64,000 bases of DNA from Antedon mediterranea (Eukaryota > Animalia > Echinodermata): assembly GCF_964355755.1 (NCBI RefSeq), contig NC_092678.1:6774422-6838421 (forward strand), in the 5' to 3' direction. The stretch's first letter is position 1, and each line of letters opens with the position of its first letter. Positions 1 through 13,000 of this stretch are shown one piece after another. The notes below the pieces were generated by a model that searched no databases, had not been told where the DNA came from, and worked only from the letters and a program-made list of their open reading frames with translations. A program made the translations under genes and the position numbers.

Positions 1-7
1 GTCAAAA

Positions 8-376
8 TTGTCGTCATCGTCATCAGCAACATTGTCGTCATCATCAACTACAACATTGCCATCATCAACTTTGTCGTCATTATCATCAACTTTGTCGTCA
101 TTATCATCATCATTGTCGTCATTATCATCATCATCATTGTCGTCATCGTCAACATTGTCGTCATCATCATCAGCAGCAACATTGTCGTCATTATCAACAA
201 CATTGTCGTCATCATCAACAACATTGTCGTCATCATCATCAGCAACATTGTCGTCATCATCATCAGCAACATTGTCGTCATTATCAACAACATTGTCGTC
301 ATCATCAACAACATTGTCGTCATCATCAACAACATTGTCGTCATCATCATCATCATTGTCGTTATCATCAACATTA
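8..376. repeat. Compound microsatellite/minisatellite of (TCA)n/(TCG)n/ACATTG units
   Basis: Recurring unit like 'aacattgtcgtcatcatcatcagc'; it explains the poly-Ser and poly-Met ORFs in the track. Confidence 0.9.
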
Positions 377-2409
377 CCAAGCCTTTTCACAACTGTAATC
401 TTTCTAAGTCATTCACTCATTATTATATATATATATTTTTATATGTTGCGATATAGTATTTTTAAATTTTTGTCTATGTTCGATGTTCTATTCGTATTTT
501 TATCAGATCTTGTATTTTTGTATTCATGACTTTCTATATTTATAATTGTTTGAGAGCTTGTCAACGAAACGAATTTCCTTTTGGACCAATACATTTCTGT
601 ATTCTGTATTCAATTCAATTATTTCTGAATCTGTGATACAAAAAGTAAAATTACGTATACATTAATTAAAAATAAACAAGACTGTACTAATTACTATTAC
701 TCATGTAAGGAAGACTTTCCACCCGGAGAGAATCTTTGACGTATATGAGACGTTGTCTAAACAAATATTTTCACTTGAATTGAGTCTACACCAGGCCATA
801 TATCGATTTTCTTAAAAAATCATAAAAGGAAAGAATTCTACAATCCGTAAACATGAGGCTGGCACTACAAGCATGAAGGAACTAAATCCCTCATTGATAT
901 ACTGGAGTTTAATTAATTATTTAATTAACACATTTATAACCGCAACAGATTAGGAAATCTATAGCTGTGAGAAGGAGAAAGTTGAGGCGGATTTTTCTCA
1001 TTCTCAGATTTCCTCATTTTTACCGTTTTTAATGTACAGTATAACAAAATCATGGTTATATACAAATTTATTTCATTCTCAAATTTAGTTTATTTGAACC
1101 AAGGTAGTTCACAGTTATGTATATTGTAATGAGTGACTCCTGTACGGGGCGCCGTATGGGACATTGCTAATTTTGTCGTCCTGCACCTTATACCTATCAT
1201 GACACACCTGGCGAAAGGTGAATATGTCGCACGCTTTACTGAAATTGACTCGACTTTAAAAAATCCGAAACATTCTTGATTACAGGCAGCCTACTATGCT
1301 TGGCATGTATCATCTACTCGACATGCATTCTACAGAATTTACACGATTAGATGATGTATCGTAGTTATTCATTCAGTAAAAACACGAAAGGATACGAAAT
1401 GTTTTCGATCATTTAGAACGATAAAACAAGACTATTAAGACCAAAATAAACCGAAAACTGACGAATACAAGGGGCGCAAGGCCACAGCCTTCCCTCCCTC
1501 ATTCGCAGTTAAAATGAAATTATGTAAAATACTGTATAAAAGAATGATAGGTCAGAATATAAATTTAAATGGTAACCTCCCCCAACCCCTCGATCAGAAA
1601 ACACATGGATGTTTTGCTTTATCTGTATTTAAATGTTGGTTTGAAGAAATGTCGCAAGAAAACACCATGGAATCCTCTCTCTTTTATTTGGAGTAAAATT
1701 GAAAAAAAAACTGTTTTAAATTGTTTTAGAATCAATTGAAGACAAATAAAACATTCGATTCGTTTTGGAAATATAAGGAAAGCAGATTATTAAAAGATCA
1801 GGAATTAAAAACAATTTCCGTATCATAAACAAAATGAGTATTTATGACCTGCAGTTTGTTCAATAAAATGTTTAATTGTTTTAGAATCAATTTGAGACAA
1901 TAAAACATTCGCTTACTTTTGAAAAGATGAGGAAAACTTCATATTTTTGATAATTGTTAGAAACTGAAAATAATTTCCGGATAAAAAAATGAGTATTTTG
2001 GCCTATTAAAACATGACGTCACGAGTTACCGCATTATGTCATTGCGTTGGAACGAGAAATATCGTTCATAACCCGTCATAAAGTATGCAGTAAGCATAAA
2101 GGCCAAAGTTTATCACGTATAGCCTAGAATTAATTAAAATGGGGACAATGCCTTATGTGGACAGGCTAGAGTTACCTGGGTTGGATTTGTCAATTAAGGA
2201 GAGGGTTCTATAACTGTATGTTAAGTTATGACCAGAGTAAATTTATTTTTCTTTGTTTTATACAGTGAATCCAGAAGAGAATAATTTTTTTTGCTATGAG
2301 GACAATAAAATACAACAGAGCTAGCTTTTGGGACACCAGTTACTCATTATCAAGGTGATACTTTCTTTGAAACAAATGAGGGCAATTATACGTATAATTA
2401 TACGTCAAT

Positions 2410-2900
2410 CATTTTCAAGGAACAGCCTCTTTTCAAAGGACACCCCTTTTCAAGGAACATCCTTTTTCAAGGGACAACCTCTTATTAAGGGACACCCCTA
2501 TTATTGGGATTCGCCTTTTCAAGGGACTCCACTATTAAAAAGACCGCCTTATTCAAGGGACACCTCTATTATAAGGGCACTCCTATTTAAGGGACACTCC
2601 TATTCAAGGGACACCCCCATTCAAAGACTCTCCCAATCAAGGGTTAACCTTATTCAAGGCACACCGCTATTCAAAGCATCTCATATTCAAGGAACAATTG
2701 TTATTCAAGGGACACCTCTATTATAACGACATCCACATTATAGCGACACCCTTATTATAAGGACACCCCTATTTAAGGGACATCCCATTCAAAGACTCTC
2801 CTATTCAAGTGACACCTCCATTCAAAGACTCACTCCCTTATTCAAGGAACTCCCATATTCAAGGAACACCCCTATTCAAGGCACTCCCCTATTCAAGGGA
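2410..2900. repeat. Degenerate tandem array of ~17-bp 'TTCAAGGGACACCCCTA' units, related to a dispersed CAGT-terminated MITE family
   Basis: Many copies of tcaagggacac/ccctatt; related short copies at ~4036-4205, 8960-9050, 29654-29690, 32905-33005, 38430-38570, 49940-49986. Confidence 0.75.
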
Positions 2901-3469
2901 TATTGTTGTTGTTGGGTCCCGAAAGTGTCACCCTAACAGGGTTATACTGTATTATCTTTTTGTATACATTTAATTCAATTTGCTAATGATTGTGTTGCAA
3001 GAAAAGATTGACATCATTTTCGGTTGAATCTTCATGTTCTTACAGAGAATATTACAGTGTCTAGAAAACAGCAACGTATCAGACAGAGGCCCTTTGTTAT
3101 TTTTATTAGTACAATTACTGGTGGTCAAAAGGCATAATTTCTGTCTGAACTACACTTTTGTAGCGTGTCAATTTCCACATAATACAAAATTACTGTACAA
3201 ACCCAGTGTATTGTAAGAAACATGAATGCCTGACCTATTTATTAAAAAAACAAACAGCACGTAGCAGACAGTAAATATGTTATTTCTATTAGAAGAAAAG
3301 TAAATGATTGAATTCATAACTAATACAGAATGCAAACAATGTTCCCAAGTGACTAACTCATATGGTTACAGGGGAAGTAATATACGTTACAATGAGTTCA
3401 ATGAGGCCCTACATTTTGAAGTAAGAGCTACAGGCATGCATTGCAGATTGGGTAAATAAAATCAGCTAA

Positions 3470-3623
3470 GGCTCTGTCTACACTGTCATATTTTATGTGA
3501 TGTGCCCATATATGGATATGATGATGTCATATCACTACCGTATTTGGTCATATCACTACCATATTTGGGTACAGTACATCACACTTTTGTTTATCAACTA
3601 GTTAGATAGTGTTAGACAGAGCC
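3470..3623. mobile_element. MITE family A (TIR AGCTCTGTCTACAC, TWA-like flanks; Harbinger-like)
   Basis: ggctctgtctacact...agtgttagacagagcc with internal atatcactaccatatttggg repeats; sister copies at ~19955-20100, 26545-26680, 30233-31228 (interrupted), 37289-37504, 37815-37936, 61990-62122. Confidence 0.75.
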
Positions 3624-4526
3624 TTTGAGTGACTCGAGTAGTATCTCACCCTCTTCCCTGGTCAAATTTATAAATAAAAACTGTGAAATTACGATGAAAA
3701 AACATGATTTTTCTTAAAATGGTCAAATACTTTTCAAAATTAACAACATTTGTAGTCGTTCAAACGGATGGTGATCATGTCTGTTACCATGTGATGCCCC
3801 ATAAATTGAAAAAAAAAGGATAAACTAGGATCTTGGAAAGAAGCCTACCAAAGAGTACTACAAATGAAAGCCATCGGCTTTTTATTCGCGGTTTTACGGT
3901 ATATCTATATAATCATTGGGTAACATTTTGTCATTCTCTATCAGATAGAATCTGATTTATGTTCGAATAAATTTAATATGTTCATCCAGCAGTAGTGGTC
4001 TCTGATTGGAGGTTCTTAATAGGTAGGGGTAAGAATACAGTGTAGAACATCTTTGAGACACCTCTATTAAGGGGACATTTCCCATGAAACGAACAAGGGG
4101 AAATCATATGTTTAAACCACGGTTAACCCCTATTTAGGGGACACCCCTATCAAAGGAACACCAAATGGGTCCCAAAAGTGCCCCTTTATAGGGATCCTAC
4201 TGTATACAGAACTGTATGATTAAAATACAAATAAATACAAAGTGATAGAAGTTGGTGGTTTTTATTTTCAAAAATTCATGTGGGCAATATTGACAATTAA
4301 AAAAAAACAGTATGCGATTGTGAAATATATTATTAATTTGCTTTGATAAATTATTTTATTTCAATTTCTCATTTAAAAAATTATTGGCACAAAATTAAGA
4401 CGGTTATTTCTTAAATAGCTTTCAGACTTAAATATGAGAGGTAGGTGTGAGAATAGAATTAGAGAAACAATAGGCCTATAAAAGGTACAGTAATATTTCA
4501 ACCATAAAAGCATGTACAGTATGTTA

Positions 4527-4970
4527 TCCATAACAGGACGTATGTCACCCATAAAAGGACGTATGTCACCCAAAAAAGGGCATTATGTCTCCCATAAAAG
4601 GACATATGTTAACCATAAAAAGATGTCACATAAAAGGATGTATGTTACCCATAAAAAAATGTATGTCTCCCATAAAAGGAAAAATCCATAAAAGGATGTA
4701 TGTCACCCATAAAAGGATGTACGTTTCTCATAAAAGGACGTATGTCTCCCAAAAAAGGGCATTATGTCTCCCAAAAAAGGGCATATTATTATGTTAACCA
4801 TAAAAAGATGTCACACATAAAAGGATGTATGTTACACATAAAAGGATGTATGTCTCCCACAAAATGACAAATCCATAAAAGGATGTATGTCACCCATAAA
4901 AAGATGTATGTCTACCATAAAAGGACGTATGTCTCCCATAAAAGGACGTATGTCACCCATAAAAGGACAT
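4527..4970. repeat. Minisatellite, ~21-22-bp unit CCCATAAAAGGA(C/T)GTATGTC(A/T)
   Basis: Roughly 20 imperfect tandem copies just downstream of the CYB561D2 stop codon. Confidence 0.9.
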
Positions 4971-5064
4971 AATGTGCAAATAAGCTTACATTTTTAACGA
5001 ATAGTACCAACATGCAATCAATTTCAAAACAAAAATTACTGAAGCGGAATAAAAATTACCATAA

Positions 5065-6856
5065 TTAATAATGTTCAGACGATTTCTTTAATGCTCGAGG
5101 CATGTATTCCGACGTGATTTGATTCATGACAACTAGGGCTAGCCACGCCGGGCAACCGAGACACACGTACCACCAAATACCAGACACTTTCCCCGTGAAC
5201 CAGTTTGAATACAGCGCCAGAACGAACGTAGCATAAATTAGACTAAAAAGTACGAGTCCGGATGTTGCATGATACAACTTTAAATCGCCAAGTTTGAATC
5301 TACCAGCAAAGTATTTATGATAAAGAATTGGTACACCTCCCATTGCTTGCACAGAGCAGTAGATCAGTGTGACCAATCCGATGCGAGCGTGCCATGATGT
5401 CAGATGAGGCTTGTCGTTGATTGCTTTATTGACAAAGATCACGGTAAAGCCGACTGCGGCACATATTAATGCGCAAGTGTTCGTTATCCAATGATAACTG
5501 GTTTTCACTTTTCGGTTTGCTTGCGGAAGGAGGGAACTTTCTGGTGAGAAGAAGATGACGGCTTCGAACATCAAAAAAGCAAACTAAGAAAGTGAAAAAC
5601 AAAGACAAAATTATGTTAATTTTAGTGAAAGGGTGAATATTATTTATGAAATCAATTGAAAAGATATATATAATATAAATTGTAATTATTAATATCTATT
5701 GACACCATATCTAGTACATCTCTATCTAGTGATTGTTAAAGATGTATTGTCTCTTAAAACACAAAAAATGAAGGTCAAAATATTCTAAATTGGCCATATC
5801 AAAGTAACGTTAAAGTTATTCACTTTAAGTCAAAAATACGAGCCAAAAACAACAAGTTTACGTAATTAATAGGTAAATTATTTTTATTAAATTTCGTCTG
5901 GAAAATCGTTTACAACTCGTCACGGTTGAGAAGGTGTTTTCACACAGATCGCAAGGAAGTTTTATTATTATGCATACAGAGTAGCCAAACAAGCGCATTG
6001 TATCATGAGATATGTTTTGATCAAAAACTTTGACTGGAAGTCAAAGTTATTTTTTGAACAAAAAAACGTCTGTATTTCAGTTAAATTATTTTTTTTGGTG
6101 AAAGGTAATAACTATTATGATACTTCAAAATGACCCACTTTTCATCGAAATCTTAATTTTTTTTTTTTTTGAATTAGTAAAAGGGACAATACATCTTTAA
6201 ATTATAGTTAATTACAAAATATAGTTTTTATTATTTTATTATAATTCTCTGTTTTGTTTTGTAACCTTAAACCTAAATCGATGTTTTTCCAAAAACTTTG
6301 GAAATCAATCTCTTGCATTCAATATCTATGAATAAATAATAATTAATATTGAATAATTAATTGACTTACTGCTAAAGTCATTAATGTTGGGTGCCAGGAA
6401 AACAGACCTGAAAAAAAAATTGTTTAATAATAGTAAAGACCTTACAAGATCAATAATTAAATAATATTTTTTTAGACTACAGTAGCCTTAATTATTTACA
6501 ATACAATACAGTATAATCTTTTTCCCTTTTCTATATCAAGTCGTTCTATAGCTAAGCCTACCTCCGACCACCGCCCATAATGACCTTGGCCAACCTTGCC
6601 ACGAAACGGGATGCCAGTCTCCGCGGGGAGGTTACTGTGGCATGTGTATCTCTCTATTCTTCTAGGCCTAGCTTTAGCTACACAAATACTTACTTGATCC
6701 AGGCCAGGCTTCGTAAATTATGAAGCCCGTGAATCCAATAGATATAAGATGTGCTACCATTGCTAAAAAGTTTCGAATTCTTTTACAGATTCCCACTTTA
6801 AATTTAGTTTTCTTCTCTGATTTCTTATTTGTTTCGGCCATGGAAAGTCTTATCAT
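5065..6856 (-). CDS. CYB561D2: Cytochrome b561 domain-containing protein 2-like (transmembrane reductase)
   Basis: Exons 6856(or 6841)-6694, 6407-6370, 5583-5065 with GT-AG ends and continuous frame. Motifs LFSWHPTLM, HW, KPHLTSWH and KLYHATSG carry the heme-ligating histidines of the CYB561D family. Adjacency to NPRL2 supports D2. Confidence 0.88.
5740..6196. mobile_element. Kolobok-like non-autonomous DNA transposon
   Basis: TTAA|AGATGTATTGTC...GACAATACATCT|TTAA terminal inverted repeat with TTAA flanks. Confidence 0.7.
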
Positions 6857-7092
6857 GAGAACATTCCACTAATTACTGGGTAAGTTACCGAATGTTTTTA
6901 TAGCTAGCTACCCAAAAATACATACAAACACAGCATTTTTAGCTTTTTAATGTTTAAAAGTTGTTATGTTTTATTTCTTTATATGCCTAGTATGATTTAA
7001 TTAAAAATGTGAATGAATGATATGAATATTAAAACAAAAATATATAAAATAGTAACTAATACTTACCTACTGAGTAAATAGTTTCGCCCAAA
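6857..7092. promoter_or_regulatory. Compact divergent promoter/5'UTR region between CYB561D2 and NPRL2
   Basis: Two oppositely oriented start codons about 236 bp apart. Confidence 0.65.
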
Positions 7093-10000
7093 ATGGCTAC
7101 AAACGTAAACAAACTTCGCTGTATATTCTTCAGTGAATTTCATCCAATTACAGGCCCTAAAGTAACTTTTCAGGTAGGTATGAGCCAATATAGTTTATGA
7201 ATATAATATATATATGTCTGTATGTTGGTTCAAAAGATGTAAAATTGTGAAAAATAGGTAAACCAATTCTAGGCCTTGTAGTGTCATCTTCCTAATCATG
7301 ACTCAAAACAATTCTGTCTTCGGCGAATACTGTTTAAACCCGCATGGCTTGTTCATTAAGTGGGCAAGACAAAGGCTAGCTTAGAATACACCTTTTCTTT
7401 TTAGAATGATTTCTTTTTTGAATTTTAAGGATGAATTAATAATATCTGATGATCATTGTGAGTTACGAATAGATAAATTATTACACAAAAAACCCCCAAA
7501 ACCCTATACAGTAGATCTACGTACTATAAGTATATAGCCTAGTAGTATTGTTGTTATGTTAGTTTTACAGTATTTTTTTTTCTTTTTAAAAAGGTACCAG
7601 AAGATTTTATAACAAAAGAACTGTTTGATCAACTTCATGTGTATATCATAACCAAATCTGAGCTGAACAACAAATTAATAACAATGTAAGTTTGACATTT
7701 TTGTTGAATATGTTTTCACACTTAAAGACCCCTTCCCTGCAATTTTGGACGTTTTTTGGAAAATAATACATATATATCACTTTAAAAACATTAAACCATG
7801 TCATTCCTTGTCTAAATTGTACGTTTTATGGTAAATTATGATAAAAAGTGAGAAACAATGCACTACCTAAGTAGCTCGCGGCGATCGACCTCTCGTGGAC
7901 GGTCTTAGGCCTAGCCTAGCTAGGCTTAGTTTTGTAGGCCTAGCTGGTAAACATCGGTAACGTACGAACATCGTACGCGAGCTATATACCTAGCCTGACG
8001 TTGTATAGTTGCTGCATTAATTGTCTTTCTATTTTTGCCAGACTCCGTTGATACAAATTGGGGAAAAACCGGTATTTTCGCTGAAAAGTTAGGAGTCTTC
8101 CATTTGTTTTGGCCTCACGATCGATCGAAAAGTGGGCGAATTACAGGTGAAAAACAAAAATATCAATCCGCGCGCAATGCATTTTGGGATTTATAGCGGG
8201 CCGCTATAATTATTAGAATCGGCTTATTTTTTACATTTTTAACCGTTTAAAGACGAAAAAAGTTATCGCAATAGGATACTCAAATTGTCACTAGAGTTGT
8301 ATACCTAAAATCCACTCCCTGGGACTATATACTCTCAAAACTATAACAAAATAAATGCTATGGTATACTATTAGTGGTCCATCCAACCAAAGTTCATCAT
8401 TAGAGAACCAAAGTTCATCATTAGAGACCCTCAGAACAATACAAAACATGAAAATATCATATAATCAAGTAATTGGGTTCATATTTAACTTACAATATAC
8501 TTTTTTCTCCTTTTCTTTTTTTTTTAGAAATGCACATTCGCACAAGATAATAGGATGTCCGATTGGTATTGAAGATGATAAATATTCACGTAACGTTCTG
8601 CATTTTAACTTGGCGTTTGTTTTGGACATCACAAGCAGTACTAAACCGTACCAGCCACTGGTGAAGAAACTAGCTGGCTATCTTACAACATTAGAAGTAA
8701 TAATATTTTGAGTATTTTTCCATGGTTTGGCTGATTTGACTCACCCCCACCCCCCCCCCCCCATTCCTCTGCCTTTTTAAAATGGCAAACTGCCACATGC
8801 ATGCAGTTTGGAGTAGAATCCTCTGGGATGACACTCCATTTAATATTTTGTTTTTTATCAGATATCTTCAATATAAATATAAGATCAATAAATAATTTTA
8901 ACCCATCTACTGTAGGAAACAAACGAGGAGAAATGTTTTAAACACTACTGTACATTCAACCCTTATTCAGGGACACTCCTATTAAAGGGACAGTCATCCC
9001 TTTTTAAAGGGACACCCCTATTAAAGGGACACCCCTATTAAAGGAACACTTTGTTGTTTCCAGAAAATATATTTATATTTTAAAGCAAATATTATTTAAA
9101 TTCATTTACATAGTTTGTTGTCATTACAGTTAGAATGCGGATTTTTATCGAATGAGGAAACTAAAGCCATGTTACCAGACATAATGAAGCAAGTATTATC
9201 AAATTTAAATGAGCACGGAAAATGTTCAATACCTATAAGTACGTTTTTTTCCGCCATTTCCTAAATTATTCTCGCCTTTAAAGGCCAACTCAGACAGAGT
9301 CGCACGACAAGGCCCGACAAACAGTCTCGTCGGGAGAGAATTAAACATGTTTAAAGCCCCATTCCCTACGTTTTTTAGATCTAATTTAAGATCACAAACT
9401 ATATTTAATGTAAAAATAATACTATATGGTCCTATTGCGATAACTTTTTTGGTCTTTAAACGGTTAAAAATGTGAAAAATAAGTCGATTCTAATAATTAT
9501 AGCGGCCCGCTATAAATCCCAAAATGCATTGCGCGCGGATTTATATTTTTGTTTTTCACCTGTAATTCGCCCACTTTTCGATCGATCGTGAGGCCAAAAC
9601 AAATGGAAGACTCCTAACTTTTCAGCGAAAATACCGGGTTTTCCCCAATTTGTATCAACGGAGTCTGGCAAAAATAGGAAGACAATTAATGCAGCAACTA
9701 TAAAACGTCAGGCTAGGTATATAGCTCGCGTACGATGTTCGTACGTTACCGATGTTTACCAGCTAGGCCTACAAAACTAAGCCTAGCTAGGCTAGGCCTA
9801 AGACCGTCCACGAGAGGTCGATCGCCGCGAGCTACTTAGGTAGTGCATTGTTTCTCACTTTTTATCATAATTTACCATAAAACGTACATTTAAGACAAGG
9901 AATGACATGGTTTAATGTTTTTAAAGTGATATATATGTATTATTTTCCAAAAAACGTCCAAAATTGCAGGGAAGGGGTCTTTAAAGTTCTCCTGACGACC

Positions 10001-13000
10001 TAAAAACTATGCTCAAAGCACCGATGAGTCAAGACGTTTCGTCGTGCCTCGTCATACGATGCTGTCTGTGTTGGCCTTAAGGAACCAGTAACAATTGTAG
10101 ATTTTGTGCTGATGACCAAATGGGCAATCTATCAAACTTTCTGATAAAACAAGGCCATATACATGGCTGCAGTCGCGTGCGCAATTTTGAATTGGTGTTT
10201 ACTGACCGACATAGTGAGGTGTAGAGTCGCGTTTGCATGTGACTAAAAATACAAGGTATTACAGTAGATGCACATTTGGCCATGCCTATTAGAAATAATA
10301 AATTTGGTTGACCATGTCTCCACATTCCACACTAATATTTAACGCATGGTTGAATGTGCTGATACTGTAGCCTCATTCAGAAATAAAATGCTAAGGGTGT
10401 TTAATAACAGGAAGGGAAGACAAGCGAACAGGAAACAATGTCTTATGTAAAAAAAAAAATAATGATATGAAGAAGTGTACAGTATGAATATACAACTATG
10501 TTATCAGCGCCGGCATATTTATCAATCTGTTTGCTTGAGTCAAGTTTTTTTTTATCTTATGGAATTGACTTTGTCATCTAAGATTTCAGAATAAAAATAA
10601 TTGTATAACAATATTTGCTTAGTTTGTTTTACAAACTGACTTAGGCAAAATCACTTAAGTCAGTTTTCTTATAAGGTTTTTTGCTAAGCATGTTTGAAAA
10701 ATCTCATCCCAGGTATCTTTAGATTTCTATTGCAATGTAAAAGGAAAGGAAAGTAAAACTTGGATTTGATCAAATTTTCTGACATACTATAAATTATGAA
10801 ATATTATTTTGATATTGTAGATGATTCGAATACCATCCATTTAAAGATAGTACCCCCGATGCGTGATCCACCTCCCGTGAATGAACACCAAGTACCTATG
10901 TTTCTCAGAGATAAAAAGTCTTACGATTTCAATGATTGGGATCTTACAACGCAACAGGTGATTCAAATTACTATCATGCAGATTAGCATAAATTTGCATA
11001 TTAAATGTTAATTAACAATATGCAAATTACATTATTTTTTTTCTTATAAATTTGTTATTTATTATAAATATGCAAATTACTTACTAGTATTTATTCTATG
11101 CAAATTACATAATTCAAATTACTAATAATATTATGCAAATTATATGTTGATATATGCAAATTGCATATGCTAATATTCCAGATTCTACCTTATTATAATT
11201 GATGGGCGAATTATGTGCAAAGATTGCACATAACCTATATTTATGCAAATCAGTTACATGTTTTTAATATACTGTATGCAAATTATATGTTAATAATATG
11301 CAAATTTTATTCTAAAAAATATGCAAATTACAAATATGCAAATATTGCAGATTTTACCGTACATTGATGGCATTAACCATGTGCAAAGGATAGCAGTGGA
11401 GGCAGATGTTGATTTGAATTTAGTAAAGACGTGTCTTCAGAATTTACTGTAAGTATACTGTATACTGCATTGCAGATTAGTTTGGGAAAAATGCTATAGA
11501 AGCATGTACAGCTATGTATAATGTCACAGGCACAGAATAAATTCTAAACGGCCTGGTGATATACTGAAAATGAATTACAGTAATTTGAAACAATAAAGAT
11601 GGGGAAATCTGTGAGAATGAGAAAAAGTCGCCCCAACCCCAATTTGAACCTGGAACCTTCTGCTTGATATGCAGCTGTCCTAACCATTAGACCACTTGGG
11701 CATTCATGGTATAGCTCAAACCCAATTGGATAGCAACTCTCTCGGCGTGGTACGGCGGAACAGCACTAGTCCCTCTATTGTATGTATGTGGACCAAAGAT
11801 CAAATTGATACGCCCTCATCCTTCAGTTTTTTTATCCACGAAGCGGGATCACTGAAGAGATACTTCTACCTTATAATCATCACAGGCACAAAATAAACTC
11901 TAAACTGATTTGTGAAAATTAGAGGATTGGGATTATAGTCGGATTGCATTAACAATTACTTACGATTAATGGGCTTATGTGAAGAGGAGAATCAAGCTTG
12001 ATTTAGTGGGTGGGATTATAATCGAGCATGAGATTATATACAGTAAAATAAATCCGTATATCATCATATTTTACCATCGTATTCTTCACCAATTGTTATA
12101 ATTTACAAGTAAAATTAATTTATTGTGACATTTTGATGTTGATCAAGAATCTTATCATAACTTGTTCCATTTACAAATTTAAAATAAGTTGAATTGACCA
12201 ATCGGGTGACTGGTATGTTTTAGCCAATCATAGCAAAGCAAAAAGATTTAGTACAAAACAATGTTTCCTAATTCAAATTGTTCGGTAAATCAAATTTTTC
12301 AAATGAAAATTTTCAAGGATAGTTAATATAAAAAAATTTAAAAAATATTTGATGTAATACTTTAAATTCCTGAATAATGTGGGTCCTGTTGACATAATAC
12401 AGTAGAATGTAGGTCACTGTAAAATGTCGGTGATGGGTTCACAGGCCCCCTGTAGGGAGATCACTTTTATAATAAGGATTCTCATCGAAAAAGCAGACGG
12501 AACACAGAATTGGAAAAATGTTGGCTCAATGGGAACATTGTTATGTTAACAAGAGATAGTTGAAATATCTATGCTTGAAAATATGTGTCAGATATTATTA
12601 GAGAATACAATAAAAGAAACCAGTCAGAATTGTATAAATACAGATAGAAGTACAGAAATCAAGTAAAAATTTTTATCGAAATTGATTTGTGCTACAAGGC
12701 AAATACCTAAAGAAAGTACAGTAGATGTTGTATTAAAATATTGAAATTTAAATCAAAATTCATACCAAAATTGATACACTGGTATAATTTTAAAATCTTA
12801 TCACAAATGGACAATTGACCAATAGGGAGACATAATGAACACATACATTTATGTCTTTTTTTTTGTTATGGGTGAATCCCCTAAATATGTTTTATTTACT
12901 GTATATTTTTATTGTTTGTCTTTAGGCACATTACATGGTCAAGGATTACCAATAGATAAATTAATCAACTGTCCTATCAGATAGGTGGTAATCCCCTGAT

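Noticed and set aside
8-529. Ser/Thr-rich 173-aa ORF and Met-rich antisense ORF
   Set aside because: Products of a trinucleotide-based repeat; non-ATG start, no splice context or domain
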